A DNA stretch of 64,000 nt. Source: Burkholderiales bacterium (GTDB lineage: Bacteria; Pseudomonadota; Gammaproteobacteria; Burkholderiales; SG8-39). How positions within the stretch are numbered: the first letter of the stretch is position 1; each line of letters starts with the position of its first letter. The DNA is taken from NCBI GenBank assembly GCA_035577785.1, contig DATLUZ010000297.1:7802-71801 (forward strand). The letters run 5' to 3'. Positions 25,729 to 35,351 of the stretch are shown one piece after another. Made by a program: the position numbers and the translations under genes. A model generated the notes under the pieces. That model was not told the origin of the DNA and did not search any database. It saw only the letters and a list, made by a program, of their open reading frames with translations.

Positions 25729-27849
25729 ATGGATAGTCTTGCCCGGGCGAAAGAGCTGTTTCTCGCCGCATTGGCGCACCAGGAGAGAGGTGAGCTCGCC
25801 GCGGCGGAGCAGATCTACCGGGAAGCCTTGGAATTGGCGCCCACGCGCCCGAGCATTGCCAACAATCTCGCGCTGGTCCTGTTGCGATTGGAGCGCTTCT
25901 CCGAAGCGGAGTCCCTGTTCAAGGAGCTGCTGTCAACGAGTCCGGGAGATGCGACCGCCGTTCTCAATCTCGGGAATTGCCAGCTCGGACTGAAGGCAAC
26001 GGCGGAGGCGCTCGCGTCCTTTGAAAGGGCGCTGGCCATCAAGCCGGGCTATGTCGAGGCGCTTGTCGGCCGCGGTGTTTGCTTGCGGCGGCTGGAGCGC
26101 GCGGATGAGGCGCTGTCTTCCTACGACCAGGCCTTGACTCACGACCCTCGCAGCGCGGATGCGCTTGCGGGGCGCGGTAATGTCCTGCTGGACTTGGAGC
26201 GCTTCGAGGAGGCACTGGCCTCGTGCGCAGCGGCTCTGGCAATCCAGGCAGACCACGTCGAGGCACTCATCAATCGCGGCGCCGCCCTGCTAGGTCTGCG
26301 TCGGTTCGAAGAAGCATTGGCGTCGTGCGAAGGTGTCTTGGCCATCAAGCCCGATCTTGCCGACGGGCACTACAACCTGGGGATGACGTTGACCCGTCTG
26401 GATCGCCAGCAGGAAGCCCTGCAGGCTTTCGCCCGGGCGATCGCGCAGCGACCGGATTTCGCTGCGGCGCGCTGGGCCTTCGCGATGGCGCAGTTGCCGG
26501 CCGTATACGAAGCCGAAGCCGATCCGGCGCGCTGCCGGACCGCATTCTCGCTGGAGCTTGCCAACCTTTGCCATTGGTTTGCTTCCAATTCCGACCACGA
26601 CTCCGACGCCATGGCGCTGCAACCGTTTTACCTGGCATACCAGGAGCAGGACAACCGCGAGATCCTCTCGCGTTTCGGCAGACTCTCCGCGGAAATAATG
26701 CGGCGATGGTTAGATCAAAAGCACTTCCCCCGGCACCCGCCACCCAATCGGAGCCGTATCCGGGTCGGCATCGTATCGGCGCACATCTATGAGCACTCCG
26801 TCTGGAGCGCGCTCATCAAGGGCTGGGTCCGGCACCTCGATCGCCGCCGGTTCGACGTGGACGTTTTCCACCTCGGCGGAACGCAGGACCGGGAGACTCA
26901 TTTTGCGAGGTCGCATGCATCGCATTTCGAGCAAGGTCCGAAAGGCCTGCGGGAATGGGTGCACGCCATCCTTGAGCGACAGCCGGACGTGCTGATCTAT
27001 CCGGAATTCGGAATGGATGGCATGTCGGGCAAGCTTGGGAGCTTGCGTCTTGCGCCTGTTCAGGTTGCGTCGTGGGGACATCCCGAAACGAGCGGCTTGC
27101 CCACGATCGATTATTACTTGTCAGCGGAGGCTTTCGAGCCGCCCGGTGCGCAGCAGCGTTACACCGAGAGTTTGGTGACACTGCCGGGCTGCGGCTGCTG
27201 TTACGAGGAATCGCCGGTGGCGCCAGTGGAGCCCGACCTTGCTCGACTGGGAATCGACTCGGATTCGCCGATTCTCATCTGTCCGGGCACGCCGTACAAG
27301 TACGCGCCCCAGCACGACGCTGTCTTTCCCGCCCTCGCCCGACGGATCGGACGGTGTCAATTCGTTTTCTTTATGCACCAGCCGGCGCATTTGTCGGAGA
27401 AATTGCACCGCCGACTTGAAGCAGCGTTCGAGCGAGACGGCCTGCAATACGCGCGCTACGTGGTCGTCATTCCGTGGCAGCCGCGCGCGGCCTTTCATGG
27501 CCTGATGAAGCGCGCCGACGTGTATCTCGACACGATCGGGTTCTCGGGGTTCAACACCGCGATGCAAGCGGTGGGAAGCGGCCTCCCGATCGTGACGCGG
27601 GAAGGACGCTTCATGCGCGGAAGGCTCGCAAGCGGGCTCTTGAAGCAGATCGGGCTATCGGAGCTGGTCGCGCAATCGGAGGAAGAATACGTCGCCACGG
27701 CGGCCAGACTCGTTCGGGATGCCGAATACGGCAGACGGATCCGCGCGCGAATCGAAGGCGCTCGCGCCTCGTTACGCGAAGACATCGCCCCGATCAGGGC
27801 GCTCGAGGATTTTCTACTCAACCGAGCGAAAGTCGCAAAGCGGCTTTGA
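25729..27849 (+). CDS. TPR-repeat protein fused to GT41 (O-GlcNAc-transferase / SPINDLY-like) glycosyltransferase
   Basis: 706 aa with about eight N-terminal TPRs. The C-terminal half carries WGHPETSGLPTIDYYLS and YTESLVTLPG, as in OGT catalytic domains. Confidence 0.85.
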   Translation: MDSLARAKELFLAALAHQERGELAAAEQIYREALELAPTRPSIANNLALVLLRLERFSEAESLFKELLSTSPGDATAVLNLGNCQLGLKATAEALASFERALAIKPGYVEALVGRGVCLRRLERADEALSSYDQALTHDPRSADALAGRGNVLLDLERFEEALASCAAALAIQADHVEALINRGAALLGLRRFEEALASCEGVLAIKPDLADGHYNLGMTLTRLDRQQEALQAFARAIAQRPDFAAARWAFAMAQLPAVYEAEADPARCRTAFSLELANLCHWFASNSDHDSDAMALQPFYLAYQEQDNREILSRFGRLSAEIMRRWLDQKHFPRHPPPNRSRIRVGIVSAHIYEHSVWSALIKGWVRHLDRRRFDVDVFHLGGTQDRETHFARSHASHFEQGPKGLREWVHAILERQPDVLIYPEFGMDGMSGKLGSLRLAPVQVASWGHPETSGLPTIDYYLSAEAFEPPGAQQRYTESLVTLPGCGCCYEESPVAPVEPDLARLGIDSDSPILICPGTPYKYAPQHDAVFPALARRIGRCQFVFFMHQPAHLSEKLHRRLEAAFERDGLQYARYVVVIPWQPRAAFHGLMKRADVYLDTIGFSGFNTAMQAVGSGLPIVTREGRFMRGRLASGLLKQIGLSELVAQSEEEYVATAARLVRDAEYGRRIRARIEGARASLREDIAPIRALEDFLLNRAKVAKRL

Positions 27850-27859
27850 CCTCGATTTT

Positions 27860-28753
27860 CTACTTCGGACGCTCGACCTTCTTCAGCATCTGCTCCGAGA
27901 TGCGGTACTCCGGATAGCGCTGCCTGAACTCGGCGAGCGCCTTGTCGGCGTCTGCATGCTTTCCCTCCCGGCGCAGCTCGGCAATGCGCTCGAGGAGCTG
28001 CTCGGGGCCGAGCGGTGGTGCTATGGCGGCGATCGCCTGGCTTTCCTGCGCCTTTGCCTGTGGCCTTGCTGTCGCCTGTGAAGGCGGCGCTGCAGCGGCA
28101 GCCGCCTCTCGACTGCCCCTCGCCTGCAGCTCACTGCCTAAGAGCGACCCTGCGACGGCAGAGGACTGGTCTTGGCCCTGCTCCTGATTCGACGGCGCCT
28201 CCGCTGCCGGCGCCGCTGGAGCCTGCTCTTTCCTTTCCGGTTGTGCCGAGGGTGATTCCGCGGCAAGCGACTGCTCCCGCCTGGATTCGAGACGATCTAC
28301 ACGGGCAACCTCGGCCGCCTGTGGCGGGAGCGCATTCTCAGCGGGTTGCGGTTTGGCCGGCGCGGCCGCTGGTGCGGACTTCTTGCGCGTCTCGGGAGCG
28401 GGCACCTCCCGAGCGGGCGCCTGATCGGCGAGCGCCCCAGGTTCGCTGGAGAATCCCTCCCGCTCCTTGCGCACCTCCGATACGGGTGGCGCGGACGCCA
28501 CGGTCAGCGCCTCCGAATCGAGCTGCGTACGGTCGAGCTGTACCGTGATGGCGACCGCAAGCACAAGGACGGCAACCGCACCGAAAGCGAAATACCAGCG
28601 ATGCCGGCCCGCCGGCGCGACGAGCGGCGCGTGCGCCCGGTCGGCCGCGCGGTGGGCCGCGGCGAGGATCACCTGGTCGAGCTCGCGCGGCGGCTCCTCC
28701 GTGCGGAGCTCCTGATAGCGCTGCGAGACCTTGGGATCGAGCTCGTCAGCCAT
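27860..28753 (-). CDS. Putative anti-sigma factor (single TM, disordered Ala/Pro/Gln-rich periplasmic region)
   Basis: 297 aa. The start overlaps the ECF sigma stop (ATGGCTGA). There is a short cytoplasmic N-domain, a TM at about residues 54-75 and a C-terminal helical repeat. Confidence 0.6.
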   Translation of the reverse strand: MADELDPKVSQRYQELRTEEPPRELDQVILAAAHRAADRAHAPLVAPAGRHRWYFAFGAVAVLVLAVAITVQLDRTQLDSEALTVASAPPVSEVRKEREGFSSEPGALADQAPAREVPAPETRKKSAPAAAPAKPQPAENALPPQAAEVARVDRLESRREQSLAAESPSAQPERKEQAPAAPAAEAPSNQEQGQDQSSAVAGSLLGSELQARGSREAAAAAAPPSQATARPQAKAQESQAIAAIAPPLGPEQLLERIAELRREGKHADADKALAEFRQRYPEYRISEQMLKKVERPK

Positions 28754-29282
28754 CGTCGAGCGCCGCCTTCAGCTTGGCCATCGCGTAGCGCAGCCGGCTC
28801 TTCGCCGCCTCTTCGTTCGAGGCGGTCGCGGCCGCGATCTCGGGCACGCTCAAGCCGGCTTCTTCGTGCAGCAGGAAGGCCTCGCGCTGCGCCGGCGGCA
28901 GCTTCTCGAGCGCCTCGGCGAAGCGCGCGAGCGTCTCCCGCGCCTCGGCATGGTGCGCAGGGTCGGGCGTGCTCGAGGGAGCGTCGTGATCGTCGAGCGA
29001 GACGAGCGGCAGCCCGCCGCGGCGCCAATGGTCGACCAGGCGGTTGTGCGCGATGGTATAGAGCCAGGTCGTGAACCGGGCGCTGGGCTTGTAGCTCGCG
29101 CGCGCTTCGATCACGCGCATCCAGACCTCCTGGTAGAGCTCCTCGGCGAGGGCGCGCACCTTGATGCTTCGCAGGACGAAACGGAAAAGGCGCGCTCGGT
29201 GCCGGCTGTAGAGCGTCTCGAAGGCCCTGGCATCCCCGCCGCGATAGGCAAGCATGAGCTCCTCATCCGGCGCCTCGGTCAT
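28746..29282 (-). CDS. ECF-type RNA polymerase sigma-70 factor
   Basis: 178 aa with region 2 (LFRFVLR...DLYQEVW-like EELYQEVW, TWLYTIAHN) and region 4 (LSVPEIAAATASNEEAAKSRLRYA). Confidence 0.9.
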   Translation of the reverse strand: MTEAPDEELMLAYRGGDARAFETLYSRHRARLFRFVLRSIKVRALAEELYQEVWMRVIEARASYKPSARFTTWLYTIAHNRLVDHWRRGGLPLVSLDDHDAPSSTPDPAHHAEARETLARFAEALEKLPPAQREAFLLHEEAGLSVPEIAAATASNEEAAKSRLRYAMAKLKAALDDG

Positions 29283-29430
29283 TCGCGGCCAGTTTAACCG
29301 AGCCCGCGACGGCAGAAGGGATTACGGCAAGCAACATTCGCACCGCCTCTGTCTCGTTTTCCATCAGAGAATGAAACGCGCCGGGCCACGCAAAGGGTCA
29401 ATAACGCGAGAAAAATAAAACCTGCGCGCG

Positions 29431-29436
29431 TAGAAT
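29431..29436 (+). promoter_or_regulatory. TAGAAT -10-like hexamer upstream of the YkgJ-family gene
   Basis: Preceded by A-rich aaaaataaaa. It favours ATG 29465 over ATG 29435, which overlaps the hexamer. Confidence 0.3.
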
Positions 29437-29464
29437 GCGCCGCTTACCCTCCGCGGTTGCCTCG

Positions 29465-29857
29465 ATGCGCAAAGCAAAGCCGTTTCCGATTCCCGTACGT
29501 GCCAAATATTCCTGCCTGAAGTGCCCCGGATACTGCTGCAGCTATCCCGAGATCGAGGTCACGCCGCGCGACATCGAGCGCCTCGGGCGGCATTTCGGCC
29601 TCGAGTACCGCGTGGCAGAAGAGCGCTTCACCAAGTACGACCCGGTGGAGAAAGTGCGGCTGCTACGCCACCGCAAGGACCATGTCTTCGACTCGACGTG
29701 CATGCTTTTCGACCAGGAAAAGCGCCGCTGCACGGTGTACGAGTCGCGGCCCGCGGTGTGCCGCGAGTATCCCGACAGCCCGCGCTGCGGGTATTACGAG
29801 TTCCTCAAGTTCGAGCGCTCCCACCAGGACGACCCGGACTTCATCGCCCTCACTTGA
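29465..29857 (+). CDS. YkgJ-family cysteine-cluster protein (UPF0153)
   Basis: Contains [11 protein letters not shown] and a C-terminal CxxxxxxxxC cluster. The track start of 29435 is possible. The 3' end overlaps the convergent TPP gene by 8 nt. Confidence 0.8.
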   Translation: MRKAKPFPIPVRAKYSCLKCPGYCCSYPEIEVTPRDIERLGRHFGLEYRVAEERFTKYDPVEKVRLLRHRKDHVFDSTCMLFDQEKRRCTVYESRPAVCREYPDSPRCGYYEFLKFERSHQDDPDFIALT

Positions 29858-31535
29858 GCTGCGACTGGCGCGCTTTCTCGCGAATCGATGAGAGGGTGGT
29901 CGCCGGAGTAATGGCGTCGGGGTCGATCCTGAGCTCGACGATCGCAGGCTTGCCCGAGGCAGCCGCCCGCTCGTAGGCCGCGGCGAAGTCTTCCGTACGC
30001 TCCACCGTTTCGCCGTGCCCGCCGAAAGCGCGCGCATAGGCCGCGAAATCCGGGTTCCTGAGGTCGGTGCCGAACACGCGCCCGGGATATTCACGCTCCT
30101 GGTGCATGCGGATCGTGCCGTAAAGCCCGTTGTTCACCACGAACGCGACGAAAGCCGCGCCGTACTGGACGGCCGTCGCGAGCTCCTGCCCGTTCATCAG
30201 GAAATCGCCGTCGCCGCAGAAGGCAACGACCGTGCGCGCCGGTGAAGCAAGCTTCGCCGCGACGGCGGCCGGATAGCCATAACCCATCGAACCGTTGGTG
30301 GGTCCGAGCTGGGTGCGAAAACCCTTGTATCGGAAATGGCGGTGCAGCCAGCCCGCGAAGTTGCCCGCGCCGCCCGCGATGATCGCGTCTTCCGGCAGCC
30401 GGTCCGAGAGCCAGCGCACAACCTCGCCGTACTGCAGCTTGCCCGGCATCGGCAGCGGCTCGGTCCACTCCAGGTATTCCTTGCGCGCGGCGGCGCTCTG
30501 TGCCTTCCACGTCTCACTGGAGATATCGACTTCCCGTAAGGCATCCACGAACTGCGGATAGCCGGAGTTGATCGGCAGCGCGGGCCGGTATACCCGCCCG
30601 AGCTCTTCCGTGCCGGCATGGATGTGGATCAGTGTTTGTTTCGGCACCGGCGCCTCGACGAGCGAATAGGCACCCGTCGTCATCTCGCCGAGCCGCGCGC
30701 CGATGACGAGCAGGACATCGGCGTCCTTCACTCTCTGGGCGAGCTTCGGATTGACGCCGATGCCGACATCGCCGGCGTAGTTGGGGCTGCGGTTGTCGAG
30801 GAGATCCTGGCAGCGGAACGCGGTGCCGACCGGCAGGCCGGCCTTCTCGGCCCAGCGCTGGAGCCTGCGGCAGGCGTCGGCGGTCCAGCCGCCTCCGCCG
30901 AGGATGACGAACGGCCTCTGCGCCCCCGATAGGAGCTCCGCTGTTTTTGCCACCTCGGAAGCCGATGCGGCGGGGCGCACGGTGTGGTAGCGCGGCACGT
31001 CCGCGACGGCCGCCTCGGCGAACAGCGTGTCCTCGGGCAGCGCGAGAATCACCGGGCCGGGGCGGCCCGCCATCGCGGTGTGGAAAGCACGGCTCACGTA
31101 TTCCGGGATGCGCTCGACCCGGTCGATCTGCGCCACCCATTTCGCCATCTGGCCGTACATCCGCCTGTAGTCGATTTCCTGGAACGCCTCGCGCTCGGCG
31201 AACTCGTTGCCGACCTGGCCGATGAAGACCACCATCGGCGTCGAATCCTGGAAGCCGGTGTGGACTCCGATCGCGCCGTTGGTGGCGCCGGGGCCGCGGG
31301 TCACGAAAAGCACGCCGGGCTCGCCGGCGAGCTTGCCGTAGGCTTCCGCCATGTAGGATGCGCCGCCTTCCTGACGGCACACGATGAAGGAGATCCGGTC
31401 GCGCAGGTCGTGCAGCCCGTCGAGCACCGGCAAGTAGCTTTCGCCGGGGACGCCGAAGGCCAGCCTTACGCCGTGCGCCGCCAGGGCGTCGGCGAGGATG
31501 CGGCCGCCGTGGCGGGTCTTGAGGTCGGATTTCAT
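29850..31535 (-). CDS. Thiamine-pyrophosphate-binding enzyme (acetolactate-synthase-like)
   Basis: ORF trimmed to ATG 31535 ([11 protein letters not shown]...), giving 561 aa. TPP motif is [12 protein letters not shown]...VNNG. Confidence 0.9.
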   Translation of the reverse strand: MKSDLKTRHGGRILADALAAHGVRLAFGVPGESYLPVLDGLHDLRDRISFIVCRQEGGASYMAEAYGKLAGEPGVLFVTRGPGATNGAIGVHTGFQDSTPMVVFIGQVGNEFAEREAFQEIDYRRMYGQMAKWVAQIDRVERIPEYVSRAFHTAMAGRPGPVILALPEDTLFAEAAVADVPRYHTVRPAASASEVAKTAELLSGAQRPFVILGGGGWTADACRRLQRWAEKAGLPVGTAFRCQDLLDNRSPNYAGDVGIGVNPKLAQRVKDADVLLVIGARLGEMTTGAYSLVEAPVPKQTLIHIHAGTEELGRVYRPALPINSGYPQFVDALREVDISSETWKAQSAAARKEYLEWTEPLPMPGKLQYGEVVRWLSDRLPEDAIIAGGAGNFAGWLHRHFRYKGFRTQLGPTNGSMGYGYPAAVAAKLASPARTVVAFCGDGDFLMNGQELATAVQYGAAFVAFVVNNGLYGTIRMHQEREYPGRVFGTDLRNPDFAAYARAFGGHGETVERTEDFAAAYERAAASGKPAIVELRIDPDAITPATTLSSIREKARQSQLK

Positions 31536-31633
31536 GCGCTCATTCTCTCCGAATGCCCCGCTCGGCAAGTGCCGCCGCCTGCACATGCAGCGTCAGCGTT
31601 TATTCCACGGCCGCCGGGAAAGAGGCGGTCGAT

Positions 31634-31639
31634 TATAGT
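31634..31639 (+). promoter_or_regulatory. TATAGT -10-like hexamer 9 nt before the CoA-binding gene start
   Basis: gattatagta at 31631-31640. No SD lies between it and ATG 31649. Confidence 0.3.
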
Positions 31640-31648
31640 ATTCGGGTC

Positions 31649-32119
31649 ATGGACGACATCAATACGCTGCGCCGCATTCTCAAGGACACGCGGGTCATCG
31701 CGGTCGTCGGCTTGTCGGCCGACTGGTACCGGCCGAGCTACTTCGCTGCGAAGTACATGCAGGAACATGGCTACCGCATCATCCCGGTGAATCCGCGTTA
31801 CGAGAGCGTCCTCGGAGAGAAGTGCTACAAGTCGCTGCGCGACATCCCGGATCGGGTCGACATGGTCGACGTCTTCCGCAAGACCCAGGACGTCCCGCCG
31901 ATCGCCGAGGACGCGATTGCGATCGGCGCGAAGGTGCTGTGGCAGCAACTCGGCGTGCGCAACGAGGCGGCGGCGGAACGGGCGCGCGCGGCCGGCCTCG
32001 AGGCAGTTCTAGACCGTTGCGTGAAGATCGAGCACGGCCGGCTCTTCGGTGGCCTGAACTGGGTCGGCGTGAATACCAAAGTCATCTCCGCAAAGCGTCC
32101 CCGCTGGCTCGCGTACTAA
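31649..32119 (+). CDS. CoA-binding domain protein (YccU/YneT-like)
   Basis: ORF 31553..32119 trimmed to ATG 31649 (MDDINTLRRILKDTRVIAVVGLS...), giving 156 aa. Confidence 0.85.
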   Translation: MDDINTLRRILKDTRVIAVVGLSADWYRPSYFAAKYMQEHGYRIIPVNPRYESVLGEKCYKSLRDIPDRVDMVDVFRKTQDVPPIAEDAIAIGAKVLWQQLGVRNEAAAERARAAGLEAVLDRCVKIEHGRLFGGLNWVGVNTKVISAKRPRWLAY

Positions 32120-32134
32120 GGTATCCTTCCCGCG

Positions 32135-32935
32135 ATGGGGAGGATGATAAGAATATTCGAGGGGAGGTTCGGGCGGCTTCTCCTGAGTGACCTCGACGCG
32201 CACGACGAATTGCGCGCGCAGGAAGATCCGGTGATCGTGCTGCGGCAAGGCGATCCCGAGCTCGTGCTTCTCAATCCCGGCAAGAGCTTCCGCAACGCAG
32301 CCGCGCGGCGCGCGCTGGTGTTCCATATCGCGGGCGAGTGGCTGCACGAATCCTTCCCGGCCGCGTTCGACGGCGTCGAGCGCAAGCCCTTCGCGCAGCA
32401 GCGCGAGCCGATCACGCCGCGCATCCGGCAGCTCGCCGATACGCTCGCCGTGGAAGTGCTGAACGACCGCTTCCTCTCCTCGGAGCGCCTCGAGTTCATG
32501 CTCCAGGAGCTGCTGCTCTCGATCGTCGAGACCTATCTCGCGGGCCGGCGCGCCTCCTCGCCGCTGTGGCGCGGCTCGCGCTTCGAGGACACGCGCATCC
32601 GCCGCGCGATCGCGCTGCTGCGCGCGCATCCCAACAAGGACCTCAACATCGATCAGCTCGCCAACCAGGTGGGCCTGTCGCGCTCGCGCTTCTACGATCT
32701 GTTCCAGATCTGCACCGGGTTCTCGCCGCGCGCCTATCTCGACCTGCTGTGCATCGAGGCCGCGATCGCGCGCCTGTCCTCTGGGCGCGGCAAGATCGCC
32801 GAGCTTTCGGCCGAGCTCGGCTTCTCCGCGCAGAGCAATTTCACCCGCTTCTTCCACAACCAGGTGGGCGTCGCGCCCTCCGAGTACCGCCGCGCGGCCG
32901 CGCGCCCCGAAGCGCCCCCCGAGTCGGAAGAGTAA
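32135..32935 (+). CDS. AraC-family transcriptional regulator
   Basis: 266 aa with a C-terminal double HTH (LANQVGLSRSRFYDLF ... GFSAQSNFTRFFHNQVGVAPSEYR). Confidence 0.85.
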   Translation: MGRMIRIFEGRFGRLLLSDLDAHDELRAQEDPVIVLRQGDPELVLLNPGKSFRNAAARRALVFHIAGEWLHESFPAAFDGVERKPFAQQREPITPRIRQLADTLAVEVLNDRFLSSERLEFMLQELLLSIVETYLAGRRASSPLWRGSRFEDTRIRRAIALLRAHPNKDLNIDQLANQVGLSRSRFYDLFQICTGFSPRAYLDLLCIEAAIARLSSGRGKIAELSAELGFSAQSNFTRFFHNQVGVAPSEYRRAAARPEAPPESEE

Positions 32936-32976
32936 GCCGGGCGCGGGCAAGCCCGGGCGCGCTCCCGGCAACGGGC

Positions 32977-32982
32977 TAGAAT
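32977..32982 (+). promoter_or_regulatory. TAGAAT -10-like hexamer with exact leaderless geometry for metY
   Basis: Six nt (tcccgc) separate the hexamer from ATG 32989. This puts the A of the ATG at the expected +1, and there is no SD. Confidence 0.35.
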
Positions 32983-32988
32983 TCCCGC

Positions 32989-34278
32989 ATGCCGGATCGC
33001 AAGTTCGGAATCGAAACGCTGTGCCTGCACGCCGGCCAGATCCCGGATGCGGCCACCGGCGCGCGCGCCGCGCCGATCTACCAGACGACGTCGTTCGTGT
33101 TCGACTCGGCCGAGCACGCGGCGAGCCTGTTCAACCTGCAGACCTTCGGCAACGTCTATTCGCGCATCTCCAACCCCACCGTGGCGGTGTTCGAAGAGCG
33201 CATGGCGGCGGTCGAATCGGGACGCTCGGCGCTCGCCTGCGCCACGGGCCAGGCCGCGGAGGTCACCGCGATCCTGACGCTGTGCAGCTCGGGCGACCAC
33301 ATCGTCTCGGCTGCCACGCTCTACGGCGGGACGCATACGCTGCTGCACGTCAACCTGAAGAAGCTCGGCATCGAGACGACGTTCGTCGATCCGGCGGAGC
33401 CCGAGAACTTCAGAAAGGCATTGAAGAAAAATACCAAGCTGCTGTACGCCGAAACGCTCGGCAACCCGCTGATCAACATCGTCGACATCGAGGCGGTGGC
33501 GAAGATCGCGCACGAGGCCGACATCCCGCTGGTGGTCGACAATACCGTGCCCTCGCCCTACTTGTGCCGGCCGATCGAATGGGGCGCCGACGTCGTGGTG
33601 CACTCGGCGACCAAGTACATCGGCGGCCACGGCACGACCATGGGCGGCGCGATCGTCGACTCGGGCAAGTTCAACTGGGGCAACGGCAAGTTTCCCGAGT
33701 TCACCGCGCCTTCCCCGGGCTACCACGGCGTCATCTTCCACGAGACTTTCGGCGACTTCGGCTACACGATGAAGGCGCGCATGGAGATCATGCGCACGTT
33801 CGGCCCGGCGCTCGCGCCGCTCAACGCCTGGCTGCTCCTGCAGGGGCTCGAATCGCTGCACGTGCGCATGGAGCGTCACTGCGAAAACACGCTGGCGGTG
33901 GCGAAGTTCCTGAAGGAGCATCCGCGCGTCGCCTGGGTGAACTATCCCGGCTTGCCGGACAACAGGTATTTCCAGCTCGCGAAGAAGTATCTGCCCAAGG
34001 GCGCTTCGGGGCTGCTGAACTTCGGCGTCAAAGGCGGCGCGAGAGCCGGCGAGCGCTTCATCGAGGCGGCGCAGTTCATGAGCCACCTCGCCAACATCGG
34101 CGACGCGAAGACGCTCATCATCCACCCCGCCTCGACCACGCATCGCCAGATGGAAGAGGCCGACCAGATCAAGGCCGGCGTCACTCCCGACATGGTGCGC
34201 ATGTCGGTCGGCCTCGAGACGCTCGACGATATCCTCTGGGACATCGACCAGGCGCTGGCGGAGTCGGCGAAATGCTGA
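32989..34278 (+). CDS. metY: O-acetylhomoserine aminocarboxypropyltransferase (sulfhydrylase)
   Basis: 429 aa in the PLP Cys/Met-metabolism family, with lysine motif SATKYIGGHG. Confidence 0.92.
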   Translation: MPDRKFGIETLCLHAGQIPDAATGARAAPIYQTTSFVFDSAEHAASLFNLQTFGNVYSRISNPTVAVFEERMAAVESGRSALACATGQAAEVTAILTLCSSGDHIVSAATLYGGTHTLLHVNLKKLGIETTFVDPAEPENFRKALKKNTKLLYAETLGNPLINIVDIEAVAKIAHEADIPLVVDNTVPSPYLCRPIEWGADVVVHSATKYIGGHGTTMGGAIVDSGKFNWGNGKFPEFTAPSPGYHGVIFHETFGDFGYTMKARMEIMRTFGPALAPLNAWLLLQGLESLHVRMERHCENTLAVAKFLKEHPRVAWVNYPGLPDNRYFQLAKKYLPKGASGLLNFGVKGGARAGERFIEAAQFMSHLANIGDAKTLIIHPASTTHRQMEEADQIKAGVTPDMVRMSVGLETLDDILWDIDQALAESAKC

Positions 34279-35327
34279 GCTGGGAAATCGTCGAGCACGG
34301 AAGACCGCTGCAGAAGGCGCTGAAGGACACACCCAGGCCGCAGGGAACCGAAGTCCTGATGCGCATCACGCGCTCGGGCGTATGCCACTCCGACCTGCAC
34401 ATCTGGGACGGCTACTTCGATCTTGGCGGCGGCAAGCGCTTTTACGTCAAGGACCGCGGCTGCGTGCCGCCTTTTACGCCTGGACACGAGCCCTTTGGAG
34501 TGGTGGAGGCGCTCGGCCCGAGGGCCAAGGGGGTAAGGGTCGGGCAGAAGAAGCTCATCTATCCGTGGATCGGCTGCGGCAAGTGCGCGGTGTGCAAGGC
34601 GGGCCAGGACAACTATTGCGTCTCCGGGAGCCGCTTCCTCGGCGTGAACCGTCCCGGCGCGTATTCCACGCACGTGCTGGTGCCCGACCCGAAGTACCTG
34701 CTCGACACCGCCGGCATCGACGATGCCTTCGCCGCGACGCTCGCCTGCTCGGCGGTTACCGCCTACAGCGCAGCCAACAAGCTGCCCAGGCTCGACAAGG
34801 GCGATGCGGTGGCGGTGCTCGGCTGTGGTGGGCTGGGACTCATCGGCATCTCGATCCTGAAGGCGCGCGGGGTTCGCAACATCATCGGCTGCGACATCGA
34901 CGACACCAAGCTCGCCGCCGCACAGAGGCTAGGGGCAAGGAAAACCGTCAATACGCGCGCCGCCGAAGCGCTGCAGCAGGTGCAAGGCGTGGCCGGCGCG
35001 ATCGACTTCGTCGGCAGCCCCGCCACCGCGGCGCTCGGCATCGCGGCGCTGCGAAAGGGAGGGCGTTACGTGCTGTGCGGCCTCTATGGCGGCGAGCTGA
35101 TGCATCCGTTGCCGCCGATCGCCCAGCGCGCGATCGGCATCGTCGGCTCCTACGTCGGCAGCCTGCAGGAGTTGAAGGAAGTGGTGGCGCTGGCGAAAAA
35201 GCGAAAGCTGCGCGCGACGCCAGTGGAGACGCGCCCCGCCGAGGCGGCGAATTCGGCTCTAGAAGACCTGAAAGCCGGAAGAGTGGTCGGCCGCATCGTC
35301 CTCGACTTCGAATCGGTGGCCGCTTAA
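34272..35327 (+). CDS. Zinc-dependent alcohol dehydrogenase family oxidoreductase
   Basis: Tail of ORF 33021..35327 from ATG 34272 (7-nt overlap with metY). It has GHEPFG, structural-zinc cysteines CGKCAVCKAGQDNYC and LGCGGLG. Confidence 0.88.
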   Translation: MLSWEIVEHGRPLQKALKDTPRPQGTEVLMRITRSGVCHSDLHIWDGYFDLGGGKRFYVKDRGCVPPFTPGHEPFGVVEALGPRAKGVRVGQKKLIYPWIGCGKCAVCKAGQDNYCVSGSRFLGVNRPGAYSTHVLVPDPKYLLDTAGIDDAFAATLACSAVTAYSAANKLPRLDKGDAVAVLGCGGLGLIGISILKARGVRNIIGCDIDDTKLAAAQRLGARKTVNTRAAEALQQVQGVAGAIDFVGSPATAALGIAALRKGGRYVLCGLYGGELMHPLPPIAQRAIGIVGSYVGSLQELKEVVALAKKRKLRATPVETRPAEAANSALEDLKAGRVVGRIVLDFESVAA

Positions 35328-35346
35328 GCGCCGTAGAATACGGCGC
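35328..35346. promoter_or_regulatory. Perfect palindrome GCGCCGTA-gaa-TACGGCGC embedding a TAGAAT box, upstream of ggt
   Basis: Starts 1 nt after the adh stop. TAGAAT is at 35334-35339, and ATG 35352 lies 12 nt after the hexamer. It could be an operator, a weak terminator, or both. Confidence 0.3.
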
Positions 35347-35351
35347 TCGAT

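Noticed and set aside
27990-28560. Repetitive-looking Ala/Pro/Gln-coding stretch, considered as a tandem repeat or CRISPR-like array
   Set aside because: It has no fixed period and no conserved repeat unit. It lies inside the anti-sigma-factor ORF and encodes a disordered low-complexity region.
29283-29434. ECF-type promoter (GGAAC/GAAAC ... CGTC) upstream of the ECF sigma gene, or on the plus strand (TGAAAC-N18-GGTC at about 29371)
   Set aside because: The matches are weak and the spacing is off consensus. I could not support an autoregulated ECF promoter by eye.
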